Assembly (NCBI GenBank): GCA_051294375.1
Contig: CM119264.1
Span: 7,821,301-7,885,300 of the forward strand
DNA: 64,000 bases
Source of the DNA: Paraspadella gotoi
Taxonomy: Eukaryota; Animalia; Chaetognatha
Reading direction: 5' to 3'
A program made the position numbers and the translations under genes. The notes under the pieces are model-generated. The model was not told the DNA's origin and made no database searches. It saw only the letters and a list, made by a program, of their open reading frames with translations. Of this stretch, positions 1 to 12,915 are shown one piece after another. Every line of letters starts with the position of its first letter. Within the stretch, counting starts at the first letter, position 1.

Positions 1-594
1 AAAACCTTTGAAAGGAGAGTGAAAAGCTGAAGGGAAGAAGGGAAGGGAAGAAAGGGAAAAGAGGAAGGAATGGGTGAAAACTTTTTTGTTTTATGCTGTT
101 GGGGTAAAATAAAAGGAGACGTAAAAGAAAGTAGAGGGAATATCGGAGGAAATAAATGGGATAATTAAAAATTAATCGAATCGAATAAAGGATATAAAAG
201 AGAGAAAATATTGATATAGGGGTATAGGGTACGCCGCTGAGTACGCCAAGAGAACATAAATTGTAAACGGACTTTCGCCCCAAAATATAAAATAATTTAA
301 AAAATAAAAACGACTTCAACCATTGACAGGTTTTGTTGCGGAAGAAAAGAGTATTTTTGGGAGGGGATATTCGCCTCGTCCAGAAAGAGAAGGCATCCTG
401 AACGACGCTATACATAACTCACTTAGAAACGACGCGCTTCATTCTTTTTCAATTCATTCATTGAGGGACGAATAAGACCGATCGAGTTACAAATTATCAC
501 TGCCCCAGATGCCGCAGTGGCCTGTTATATTTGTTAGAAGTTGGTTTAAACTTGTATGGAGTCATTTCAATTTCTTCGTTTCTCTTTAACTCAG

Positions 595-850
595 GCGCGC
601 AAACCTTGGACGGAACGCAACGTCGAGACTGTGATCAATAAACATTTGGGCCCGCGGATGAATCCGCTGTCGATTGGGTCGCCCAGGTGGTGGATGAGAT
701 GATGAATGAATGAATGATGATTATGATGATGTATGATGATGAGATGATGATGTATGATGTGGGATGTGTAATGATGTAATAGTTCAACGACCACAAATTG
801 ATAATAGAATTTATAGTTTCTCTCCTCTCTCTCTCTGCTCTTCGCTCTGC

Positions 851-899
<49 letters not shown>

Positions 900-2749
900 T
901 CTCTCTCCTTTTAGAACCTGTACTGGAACTGACACTGGTCAGGACACGATCGAAGTCGCGCGGGTGACGGGATCCTCGAGGAAAATTACTCATCAACAAA
1001 AGATCTGGACGAACCTCGAGGAATTGCCGTGCATCCGGTCAAAGGGTAAGTTCAAACGTCCAAAGGTTTAGTTCAAACGTCAAGTTGCGGGCAGAGAGAG
1101 GGGTTCAACAAAGGTCAAATAGCTCCGACCGCTAGAGACGATGGGTTTTTGAAGACTTTGGCTTCACTTACGTCAAAACAATTTGTGCAACGTTTCTACA
1201 AAAAGGGCAATGAGGGCGCAATGCTCAGTTTTGCCATTTCTCTCATTCCTCTCCTCTCCGCTCCCCCTTCTCTCTTCGTCGCGTTCGCCATATTGCCGGA
1301 TCATTTTTCCATTCGGCTTCCGCCAGATGCGAACTCGAACGCAGCGAGGCGACGTCGACTTCCGCCTCGTTGACTTTTCTCCCAGATTCCTTTTTTCGGC
1401 TTCTCGATTCCATTGCCCTTGTCGGGCGACCCTTGTCGGGCGACCCCTCCTTTCTCATTGAGTCTCGCTGATGCCTTCCACTCCGACAATGATCTTTTTT
1501 TTACATTTTTTTTTATCATTTTTTTACTTTACTTCTTTTAACTTTTATTTTTAATTTTTCTTTAATAATTATACCCCATTATTTGAGAGCTCCATCTCTC
1601 GGTTCTCTTTTCAAGCTACGTCCGATCCACAAAGTCATTTCGAACAAAAGCCATTTTCAAGAATGCCTTTTTTTTCGCCCAAGTCCAAATGTTCCAAGTC
1701 GTTTTTTGATTTTCTTTCTTTCTCTTCTTACTCTTAGTCGTAGGAAGGGCCAACTCTGTCGTGGTTTTAAAACGGTTTTTCTCTCCCGACAAGTGTCAAC
1801 AAGAACGACGACAATTCGTATAAATTCATATAAATTTATATCATACAAAAATTGTTGATAATTATTTTTTTATTTTTTTTTTTAATTGTTGATGATGATT
1901 ATGGCATTTTAAAAATTTAATGCCGAAAAATATGAAAAACGGAAATTTTGTTGATAGCACTGTATGAAAATAATTACGTTTTAATATTTTAAAATATAAG
2001 AGAACAGCAAATAAATAGTTTTATTACTTGACATTCGAAAAAATATCATCGGGGCTTATAAGTACCTTGTACCTTATAAGTAGCTCAATATACTTTAGTA
2101 ACGAGGATTCGACACTAAAGACGAATTAATTCTCTAATGAGATATCCACGTTTAATTTTCCTTATTTTCTCCTTTCTTCACCTCAGGCTTCTGTTTTGGT
2201 CCGACTGGGGCGAACATCCGAAAGATCGAGCGATCAACCTTGACGGTCCAAACCGTCACGTGATTGTCAAGAATCACCTCGGCTGGCCCAACGGCTTAAC
2301 ATCGACTACAAGGCCGGAAGGCTGTTATTGGGTGAGGAAATCTTGTGCTGGGCGGATTGGATTGACTTGAATGAGAATGTGCTCTTTGGGGGGCGTAGGG
2401 GATTTGGTCCAGTTTTTTAGAAAAAACAAGTCCGATTCTAATCGTATCTTATCTAATCTTTCAACTTCCTTTAGGCCGACGCCCAACTCGATCGACTCGA
2501 GGACGTCCGATTCTTGACGGGCGTCACCGTCTTCCGCTCTTCGAACAAGTGACGCACCCTTTCGGACTCACGCAGGTTCGCGGAAGAGAAGGTGAGAGGG
2601 GGCGGTGTGATTTTATCGCGTGATCATTGCGGAAAACGAGTGGAAAAACTTGAGAGCAAACGACGCTACAGTTCTTTTTTTTTTCCTTTTTATTATTTTA
2701 TTTTTTTTTTCTTTTTTCTTTTTTTCTCTTTCTCTCTCTCTCTTCTCTC

Positions 2750-2806
<57 letters not shown>

Positions 2807-3118
2807 GATTCAGAATCTGGAATACAGATGGTGTCGTGTGTCGACATAATACGGTTTTTCTTTTCTAGGGAATTTTTTTTCTATTCCTTCTCCTTTTTTT
2901 GTTTGTTTTTCTACGTATGAGTACGATGTTTTCTCTTCACTCATTTTTTTATTCTGTATAAAAAAAATTCAAGTAAAAAAAGGAGGAAAAAGTAAAAGAA
3001 AAAAATGGAGAAGAAGGAAGGGGAGGTAAAAATAAATAAAACTAAAAAAAGAAAGAAAGAAATGTACAAAAGGGAAAATTTATGGTATGATAAAAGAAAA
3101 TAACAAAGAAAGAAAGAA

Positions 3119-3158
<40 letters not shown>

Positions 3159-3936
3159 AAAAGAAAGAAAGAAAGAAAAGAAAGAAAGAAAGAAAGAAAA
3201 TAAACAAAAATAAAAACAGAAATTCAAGATGAAAAAAAATACACAAAAAAAATCAATCAAATAATTTCATAAAATAAAGATGGCGAGTCCTGTCAGAAAT
3301 GAAAAGGCACATTTTTGAATGAAAAATTTAAAACGTAATTTAGTGGAAAACATCAACGCGCGCAAAATCGGGAAGCTGAGGCAGTAAAAAGGGAAGAATG
3401 AAAAATAATGGGGGCAAGGGTAAAAAGTGTGAAAAATGGAAAAGGAAAAATAAGGAAAAAGAAAAGAAATGGAAGGAAAGGGGAAAGGTGAAGCCGTGAG
3501 AAGGAAGCGAAGCGGCCTTTCGATCTTTCCACTCAAACTGAAATTCGCGGGAAAAAGTCGAAAAAAAAAAAAAACCAGAATGTTGTTCGCAAAATATTAG
3601 TCATGTCCCTGTCGATGTCCTTAATTATTTAACGGTTGGCGAGTCTTTTGATAAATTTTTACAATAAAGGGCCTTTTTTTAAATTGATTGCAAATAATAC
3701 AATATTAAAAAAACATAATACTTCTCATTCTATTTCGTTTTGTGTCTCCCATCGCAGTTCGAGAGCTTCCTCTACTGGACTGACTGGCAAACAAGAGCAT
3801 TGAACGCGTTCACAAGCTGACGGGTGAATATCGGGAAAAGATCGTCTCCAACATCCTGGACTAATGGACGTTCACATGGTTGCGCCTGGAAGACAGGTCC
3901 GTCTCTCTCTCTCTCTCTCTCTTCTCTCCTCTCTCT

Positions 3937-3967
<31 letters not shown>

Positions 3968-3985
3968 GATGGAGACAATTCTAAC

Positions 3986-4027
<42 letters not shown>

Positions 4028-4028
4028 T

Positions 4029-4062
<34 letters not shown>

Positions 4063-4235
4063 ACACGCACCTCTCGCTGAAAGTCCACATGGTTTCGCGT
4101 GGAACGAGAGGCGGAATCTTTGTTTTTCCCGGGGATTTTCCAGGGGATCCGTGTCGCCATCTTTTTTTAACGCCCCCTCTCTTCGCTGGCGTTACACCCT
4201 GAGTGCAGCTGTCAGCATTTTGCAGTACTTTTCTC

Positions 4236-4293
<58 letters not shown>

Positions 4294-6671
4294 CTTCTCT
4301 CTCTTCTCTCTCTCTTCTTCCTCCTCTTCTCTCCTCTCTCTCTCTCTCTCTACCTAGACGCTCTCTTGCTCGCTCTCTCTTTCGCTATCTCTCTAATCCC
4401 TAACTTTTCCATTTCTGCGCATTTCCAGCCAGATTTCAATATTTTTCCTAAACCATTCAAATCCACGAGAGTGACAAAAACCTCTCTCTTTTTTTTTCTT
4501 TTTTTCTTTTTTCTTTTTTCTTTTCTTTTATTTTCGTAACGCCCTCCTTTTCCCGATCCCTCGTTCTCACGAGTTTTTTTTTTCTTCTTTTCTTTCTCTT
4601 CATTCTTCACTCTCTCTCCTTATTTTCTTTATGATTTCTCATTATCCCGGTTTTTCCAAGACCATTTGCTCTTTTTCAATTCTCTTTTATTATTATTTCA
4701 CAATGAACATCGCACACATGATTTGATCAGTCGTACAGCCGCAACACAATACGAAGCGACAGAGCTTATACCAAGCTGCACTGACTGATCAAACTCATTT
4801 TTATTAAAATTGTATACGCCCAACATTCTCTACATTCCACTCCGCATTCAAATGACACCTCGCATAACTTCAACTTCTCCAATCTTTTTCCCTCTCCCTT
4901 TTGCCCTTAACTCGCTTCATTCTTCTTCCCTCTCCCTTTTGCCCTTAACTCGCTTCATTCTTTGTCCCTCTCCCTTTTGCCCTTAATTCGCTTCATTCTT
5001 CTTCCCTCTCCCTTTTGCCCTTAACTCGCTTCATTCTTCTTCCCTCTCCGTTTTGCCCTTAACTTGCTTCATTCTTCTTCACTCGCCGCTCTTTTCCCGA
5101 TTCTTTCGTCTTTTGTCCTTTTTTCCCCCTGTTTCAGCCAACAAAAGGGAATCTTGGTCCTTTTCTCTTCTCATTCGAGTCTTTTGTTTCTCTCCTTTGG
5201 CGACCGCAGGAGGGCCTCAATCCTTGCGCCTACAACAACGGCGGCTGCAGCCATCTCTGCCTGGCCCGCGGATCCAAACTTTACCTCTGCGCATGTCCAA
5301 CTTACCCGGATCCCAAGCCATGCAAGGAGGGTGAGTTCATAACATTACGAATTTTCCTAACTCGGATATTATTATATTAGGCATAACAAATTTCGTAGTA
5401 ATATAATTAAATATTTTGTCGGCTGTTTTGTTCCCCGTTTAAAGACTTTAACAATAGAACAAATCCCCAACTTTCCCCGATACGCTTCGCCTATCAATGA
5501 ATCTCCTCGCTTTCCGTTTCTTCCCCCTGACTCTTTTCAAAGGTCTCGGCACGAACAAGTACACTCCGAAACTCTCGGCCACGACGGCCAAGCCCGGCTA
5601 CTACCTGCCGACGACGACGGCGGCTTCCGGCAGAGGCGGGGGCGGATTCGTTGGCAAGCCTGGCGCCAAGGAGGAAACGCCCGTCGCTGCGCAGGGTGAG
5701 TGGTGGGAATTGAAAATGGGGGTGATCGGGCGAGGGTGGTGGTTTTGTGAGGGTGGGAGAAGAAAAGGGTTGTGCACGGATATATACTTTATACCGTTCG
5801 TTCTGCTTCTTCAATAAACTATATTAACTATAAGTGTCTTTTTACATATTCGTTGGATTTTGTTGTTTGTGAGTGCAAAACGTCAGCAAAAAAAATAATT
5901 TTAAAAATAAATAGAAATACTATAATTATAAGTATAAAGATTTGATAAATACAAGTGACTTGAAACTAAAAAAAAAACATTGCTATCGGAATCGAACCCG
6001 CGCTTTGCCTGGTCCGAACGCCTTCGCGCGCTACTCGTCAAACCGGAATTGGTCTTCTGAGACGTCGTCGAACGCTTCCTCCTCCGCGAAGGAAAATAGA
6101 GAAATAAAAGGGAAACGAAATCGAGGCTTCCTTTCGGCGGCGTCGTAAATGTTTCGATTGTGACGCCGTTAATTCGCCGCCGCCGATGGCGACGCCGCCA
6201 CGGTTGTCCTTTCCGCTTTCGTAGATGGAGCTGAAAACGGGAGAGAGAATGGGGAAAATAAAAATAGAAAGAAAAAGGAAACTGGAAAAAAAAATAGGGG
6301 GGAAAGAGAGAGTGGGAGGGAGATGGTGAAATGAGAGAGAAAGAGAGAGAAAGATAGAGAAAAAAGAGAGAGAAGGTGAACTGTGGGAGAGAGGAGAGGA
6401 AGAGAAAAAGAGGAAGGGATCAAAAGGAAATGGAAGAAACAACAACAGACTGAAGGAAGAAAGATTGAACAAAAGCGAAAAAGGAAAGAGAAGCAATATG
6501 AAAGAAAAAAAAGCGAAAGAAAAGAAAGAAAAAGAAAAGTAAAGTCGGGAGGAAGAAAGTGGAAAGAAGTGAAACCTTTTTTCCGATTGCCTCCGAGTTA
6601 TTTCCTGGTTCCCACTAATCGAATAGAAATGATTTTTTTATTTCTCTTCCTCTCTTAATCTCTTTCTATTT

Positions 6672-6769
<98 letters not shown>

Positions 6770-9700
6770 CTAAATTCTCGTCAATTTTTCTATTTTTTTA
6801 TTCTGTAGCAGAATAATTTGTGGATCATTACAAATGAGATTAAGTTTTGTAATCTCATTTACATATTGTAGCAGTTTAGATAATTTCTCATATCTTATAT
6901 ATAAGATGCCCCCCGTTAGAGTTCCTATCCGAGTCTGTTTCTTGTCTATGATTAATCTTTCTTCTCTTTCTCTCTGTTTTTTTTTTCTTTATTTATTTAC
7001 GTATTTCTTCCTTTCTTTTTCTTTTTTTTTTATTTCTATATCTCACTCGCAACACATTACAAATTAAAACTGTCTCGAAAATTACTCCCCCTATTTCTCT
7101 CCTTCTCTTTCTTTAACCTAGAAAAACCGGCGAACGAGGCCCTGATCACGGTGGGCACGATCGTGTCCCTACTGATGGCGGCCATTTTCTTTGGCTGGTG
7201 CCTCCACAAGTACAAGCGTCGCCAAGAAGAAAGACGACGACAACGCAGCGCTGTCGACGGCCTCTCGCCGAACGAATACGACTCGAGGTCAGAGAGGATT
7301 TCGAACAAAAGACAAACAGGGATTTTAATCTTTCCAATTTCCATTTGGCGTCTTGCGATTTCTTCTTTTTTTCGTTAATGCCATCATTGTTACTCAATAA
7401 TTTTAATTAGTCATTTTATACTTTTGTATCGGTGATAAAATTTCTTAACGAGCGTCTGCACCATCTCCCCATTTTGTTTCTTCAGCCGTTCAAACTCGGT
7501 GGACGGCGGGTCGCCCCTCGGAGGGTCGGCCTTCGCCCGCACGACTTTTGTCAAATCGAGTCCCGGAAGTCCAGAGACGAAGACGCCGCCGCTGCACGAA
7601 GAAATTGCCAGGAAGTTCGCGGGAGTTCATTGGCAATTTATGAATGGAATGAAGTACGAGAAGCAGGAGGTAAGTTCGAGATTGAAGTGAAGTCTGAAGA
7701 ATGAAGTATGAAGAATAAATGAGATCCGAAAGAGGAATGTAAATGATATGTACGTCGTGAAATAAGTAAGTCTCAACAGTTATATATATAATATAATAAT
7801 ATAATATAATATTATTAGATTTAATGATAAGTAAATTTTTTTTAAGAAAGAAAGCAATATATATTTGTTTAAATAATATAGATCAAATACTAAATCCTTC
7901 ATAAAATATAAAAATTTAAAAAAAGTTAAACAAGTAATTTGCAAATTTTTATAATAATATAATAAAATAATTATATATCTTTATTTTTATTTTTTTTTTA
8001 AGAGCTCTTTCGCAATTCTTGTCCATTTATATTTTAAACAGGATAGTCTAAGTTTCCTCAACGGAACAGTTGGTGGCGCCACTAATTCCACTCCTAAGGT
8101 TGCAGAAAAAATGAACAACGTGGAAACTGCTAGACTTTTACAGCAAAGGAGTGAGGCGCAAGGGGATATCTCGCAGTACGGAGACAAGTTAAGAGAGTAG
8201 ACGAGACGATGGACGGACGAGTACTGTATGGATCGAGAGAGACGAGAGAGAGAAGAGGAGATGAGAGAGAGGGAGGAGCAGACTCGTATCTAGCCTCCAC
8301 TAGCCTCAAGTCTTACTCCGCCGGCAGCGTGAAGACCAGATCCATGCGATGAGCTATATCACTCGCCTGTCGCCTAAATGCCGACTGACTCGCAGCAGAT
8401 GATAGACGAGACGAGAGAGAGGTATGAGAGAGACACAGAGAACTGGAAGAGAGAAGATGAGAGCCAGAGAGAGAGAGAGAGAGCGAGAGAGTCAATGTTT
8501 TTGCTCTGGATCAGGCGTGGCTTCGTTCCGCGCGAGCGACATCGACGGTCAGCGTGAAGGCGGATTCGGTTCAATGGCGAGTTTGAGGAAAACGAGCAAC
8601 TTCGCGGCCCCGCCCACGAATTTAGGTGAGGAATTTCTTAAACTAGAAAAATTGGTCACTAATGAAAGCTTTTTAAATTACAATCGCTGATGAATGTGAG
8701 GAGTGATTAGGAAGTTTGATCATTAAAGAAAATAATAGCCGTTTTGGATCCCTTTACCTCCGTTCTCCCCTTCTTCCCCCCACACCAACTTTTCCCCATC
8801 CCATCGCCAACCCCGCCTCTTCTCTCCCCAACCAGATCTTCCTCGTAGTCGCAACCCCTTCGATCTGCCTTTGGACGACCTGGCATCGCTCCCACGAAGC
8901 CCACGCATCTCCCCCACGCCCCCGCGGAGCAACTCTCCCGGACTCACTTCCTCCTCCTCCCGCGGGGTGACGCCCGTCCGGTCCAGGGCCGGATCTCGGC
9001 CCGGCTCTCCTCCCGTCCATCGGGACTCAGCCACGCCGATGCTCGCTCAGGTCCTCATGATCGCTATTTAATTATATTTTCTACCGTTCAGACTTCAGTG
9101 ACAGACTTCAGTGACAGATACTAAAATTGATTATTCTTGAAAGGATAATAATTGGGAAGTTGAACAAATGTCTTTACAATTATACAATAAACAATTCTAA
9201 CCACCTTGACGTCATCAACTAATTAAAATTAAATTTTAAACAATAAAATCACTTAATATTACCATTCACCATTAACTTTCACCACTAATCGTTCAAAATT
9301 CTCCGAATCCAACAAGACAACCTCTTAAATATCTCTCTTCAGGCTGTCAAGGCGGCCGTCGCTCTTCACGAGCTTCAACGCAGCAAAGGCGTCAATCCCG
9401 ACGATGAGAACGAAGCCAACGAACGAGAATCGAAGAGGTAAGGACTAACGAGAGGTTAAGTAGGTAATAAAGTAAGTTGTAACGAGATGTTAAGGAGCTA
9501 ACAAGGTAAGGAGTAACGGGAGGTTAAGAAGTAACGGGTTTAAACGGCGAAGGGTTGCGAGTAAAAAAAAATAAGAAAAAGATTAAAATTGCTAAGAGTA
9601 CGCATTTAATTCTCGCCCATTCCTTTCCATATATAATAGGGATTCTCCTCTCTCCGACTCTCCGGCGGAAAGTTCTCCCCTACGCAGCTCCTCCCAATTC

Positions 9701-12700
9701 AGCACCCCCGCCGTCACTCCCCAAATCTCACACAGCGTCACCCCGAACAGAAGTCGGTGAGTCACTTTTGCGTTAGTGACATTTTGTTTCATGTTTTTCC
9801 GAGGGGAGTGAAAATTCTGAATCATTTGATGAGAATTTTATTTCATATCAATAATGATACAGTAGCATACATCAGCAACAAAATAAAAATTTAATGAGTG
9901 ATGTATTTTTTTTAATTACGAGCCTATTATTTTAATGTTTATTTTTTCAAAGATTAAAATATTTTTTATGTTTTATTTTGAATTTTTGAATACATTTTCA
10001 CGTCCCCTCTTTTACTTTATTTAAAATTGGCATATTTTAACGTTTTTTTTGTTAAATCGATTTACAGTAACATCTATGTCAACCTATGATAGCGTTTGTT
10101 TGAGAGAAAAGGTAAATATATATATTTTTTTAATTACTGGCTACTTGAAATAACGCAATAGATGTAGTTTTTCGTTGTTGGGTTTTTTTTCAATGGCATT
10201 GCGATTGCGTGATGACTTCAAATTCGTAGGCGTGAAGGAGACTCACAAATAAAATTTTCCCAATTTTCGCCTCGTCTTTTTTTTTTCTTTGTGAATTTTT
10301 CGATATTGCAAATCAAACGAGAGTTTTGGGGAAACATTAAAAAAAAATCAATAATTGAATCGTGACGTTTTGAATTTGTTCATCTCTCGACGCCTTTTTT
10401 TTTTTCTGCTTTTGGGCGAAGAGAATTGATGGTTTATTGCTTTATTACAAAAACGGAAAGAGTTTTAGATTTAGAGTCATGATATCACTTCATTAGATAA
10501 ATTGCCTTTTAGTACCGCATTATTATTAAACAATTCTTCTTTCCACTTTTTTGTTTCATCTTGATTATTTCCTTTTTCATCTCGCGGCTCGTTGTGTCCT
10601 CGGAATTCTGATCAATTCTCTCTCTCTCACTCTCTCTCTCTCTCTTCTCTCTTCTCTCTCTCTCTACTCATCTCGTCTCTCTCTCTCTCTCTCTCTCACA
10701 ATGGAACTTCATTCCTCCACAGTTCCGTGTCTCCCTTTCACCTTGATTCGCTCTCCCGTAACTGTTCCCCTTCGCCGTCGTCCTCAGCCCAAGTCTTGTT
10801 TTCTAGGTTCGGTCATTAGTGACACCCAATTTAACCGACGATAGTCAAAACACATTTTAACCTTCGTTTTAAAAAAAACGAAATTTGACCAAATTCGATG
10901 TGATTCCGTCGCGCGCTCTTTCGTCCTCGGAATCACATCATAATGGCCGGGGGGCGAGGGAAGAAATTTATCGCTCCCTCTCCTATCGTAGTGACGCACT
11001 TTTTTCGTTTTCAGTAGTGAATAGCGGCCTCCAATCACGGAGCATCACATTTTGTTTCACGTTTTAATTCTTTCTCAAAACAGCGGCAGAGAAAAATTTT
11101 TAAAAAAACGTTTCAAAGTCGTGACGGACAGACAGACAATCGCAAACTGACCAATCGCTAAATGCGACGCAAAAACTGTCTCATTGAATCATGGCAAACG
11201 CCATAAATTAAAAAAAGTTTAAAATATAGCTGTAAAATTTTTTTTTCACACCGTGAGAACTAGAGTCACGCACTAATGCCACGGCTTTGAGAAATGTAGT
11301 GAAGCAATATTAGTCTTTGCACACGTTGTCTCGATTTTGGTTATGAAAGTGCTTAGCCTCTATCCCCCCCACCTAATTCGTGCTAACTATTCTTATTTTT
11401 ATTCACGAACCAACGCTTTCTCGTTTCTCGCAGCTGCAAAAATATTTTCATTGGCGCTTTGAGTAAAAAAAAAAGGAAAAAAAAGTCGCAACTCATTCTT
11501 TTTCCCTTGCTCTCTCACTTCTTTTCTTTTTTTCTTCCTTCTTTTCTCCTTAAAAAAAGTATTGTCGTCGAATCTGTCGTCTTTCAATATATTTACATTA
11601 GAAAACGTATTGATTTTTCCATTCAGGCCTTCTTTGTCTCTGTCTCTCTCTCACTCTCTCTCTCTCTCTTTCCCTCCCGTTTTTTTCCTTCTCTCCCCCG
11701 CCCGACCACCCGCTCTCTCTCTCTCTCTCTTTCTTTAACCATCTACTAATCTTCCTTGCATGGCATCGTATTGCTTAAAACGACCCGTACTCCTAAACCC
11801 TTGACAACTTTTCGCCCCAGAAATTATTTGGACGCCGGAGAAATTGGGTTTTCCCGGCAGCCGATGCCGCCTCCGCAGCAGCGACGCTCCGTGTCCCGCA
11901 GTCCTTCCGGAAGTCATCTGCGTCCCAGGTTTGAGGAATTCATATCAAAGTGTTAAAATATATATATCTACATGTACGTACTTTCATAATTTCATAGTTT
12001 AGGCTCTCTAAATTGTTTTTAAATACAATTAAATTCAATAAAAAACCATTTGTCATTTCTTTTCCCTCCAAAATACTTTGGTTCGCCTAATCCCAAATAT
12101 CCCCTACAGATCTGCCGGCCGCCCCCGATCCCCAAGTCGAAGCATGATTCAATCTCAACCGACGTCCTTTGACGACGACGACGGCCCCGTCGAGCGCCCG
12201 ATCAGCGCGGCTGAGGCGCGCCTATTCGGCGTCTATCCACCCGACGGTCGCCGCGTCAGCGCCGGCGACGGCCGGCCGATCAGCGTCGGCGACGTTCGCG
12301 GCCTCGGCGTCGGCCCCGTCGGCGGCCGGCGTATCACCGTCGCCGCCGACGGAAGTCGGCCGTACGGCGGTCGCTCCACCCCCGTCGTCGGCGGAGGGCC
12401 GCCCCGCTGCGTGATGACCATGGCCCGCTCGCCGCCTGGCGGGGGTCACTACCCGCCGCCAGGGATGGGACCGCCCCCGTTCCACCGTCCCGGGCGAACG
12501 TCCCCCTCGCCCTCTCTGGGCCACGCGTCGCGGGGCGGCCTCCCTTATCCGCCCATGGACCACCCCGCCCATCGGCGCTACTCGCACACCCCGCGAGCGT
12601 CCCGCACATCGAGATCGAACCCCACCTCGCGATCCCCGTCGCCCCACGAGGGTCGCTACTCGAGGAGGTCCTCGGCCGTGCAGCCGCCTCGAGGGCCCTT

Positions 12701-12737
12701 TGTGCTCGACCGATCGCCCGATCTCGATCTTCGTTGA
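595..12737 (+). CDS. LRP4: LDL receptor-related protein 4-like (last YWTD propeller, EGF, Thr-rich linker, TM, long cytoplasmic tail); 5' part lies outside the window
   Basis: Exons ~595-686, 915-1045 ([22 protein letters not shown]), 2187-2331 ([19 protein letters not shown]), 2475-2575 (ADAQLD..THPFGLT), 3758-3896 ([19 protein letters not shown]), 5210-5330 ([38 protein letters not shown]4-type last EGF), 5543-5695, 7122-7287 ([23 protein letters not shown]), 7486-7669, 8042-8150, 8515-8625, 8836-9050, 9343-9437, 9640-9756, 10723-10806, 11821-11928, 12110-12737. Phases are consistent from 3896 onward. No LDLa repeats between the last EGF and the TM, which favours LRP4 over LRP5/6. The first five exons carry small indels. 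Confidence 0.8.
821..908. repeat. (CT)n microsatellite forming the polypyrimidine tract of the 915 acceptor
   Basis: Directly visible. Similar (CT)n tracts at 2730-2802, 3902-4060, 4231-4395, 6676-6766, 10618-10697 and 19918-20011; (GA)n at 21598-21648 and 23486-23530. Confidence 0.95.
3050..3200. repeat. (AAAG)n microsatellite
   Basis: Directly visible run of gaaa units in an LRP4 intron. Confidence 0.9.
4889..5080. repeat. Minisatellite, ~38-bp unit x ~5
   Basis: Unit ccctctcccttttgcccttaactcgcttcattcttctt repeated in tandem upstream of the 5210 acceptor. Confidence 0.9.
5968..6050 (-). pseudogene. tRNA-like fragment / SINE head
   Basis: Minus strand reads ...gcgcgGGTTCGATTCCgatagca followed by a T run (B-box plus Pol III terminator-like). 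No convincing A-box or cloverleaf. Confidence 0.3.
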
Positions 12738-12742
12738 GGACG

Positions 12743-12915
12743 AAGATGAGACGGACGGATTGAGATGAACTGGACGAACGGAGATGGTGGGATGGAGATG
12801 AGTCAGATAGATGGAAAGGAGCAGAATGACCGGATGAGTGAGCCAGATTGACGAAGATGAACCGGACGGAGGGAGAAGAGCCGGATGGATGTAGATGAGC
12901 CGGATGGACAGGGAT
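12743..12915. repeat. Degenerate ~18-bp tandem repeat at the start of the LRP4 3'UTR
   Basis: Units resembling agatgagccggatggaNg, ~9 diverged copies immediately after the TGA. Confidence 0.7.

Noticed and set aside
591-4610. Many ORFs with SLSLSL, ERERER or FFLSFF runs (also 19836-20159, 22249-22724, 38804-39341, 58689-58959)
   Set aside because: They are translations of (CT)n, (GA)n and (AAAG)n microsatellites and T-rich intron DNA.
595-7287. Assignment as LRP5/6 (arrow)
   Set aside because: No LDLa repeats between the last EGF and the TM, and no PPPSP repeats in the tail.
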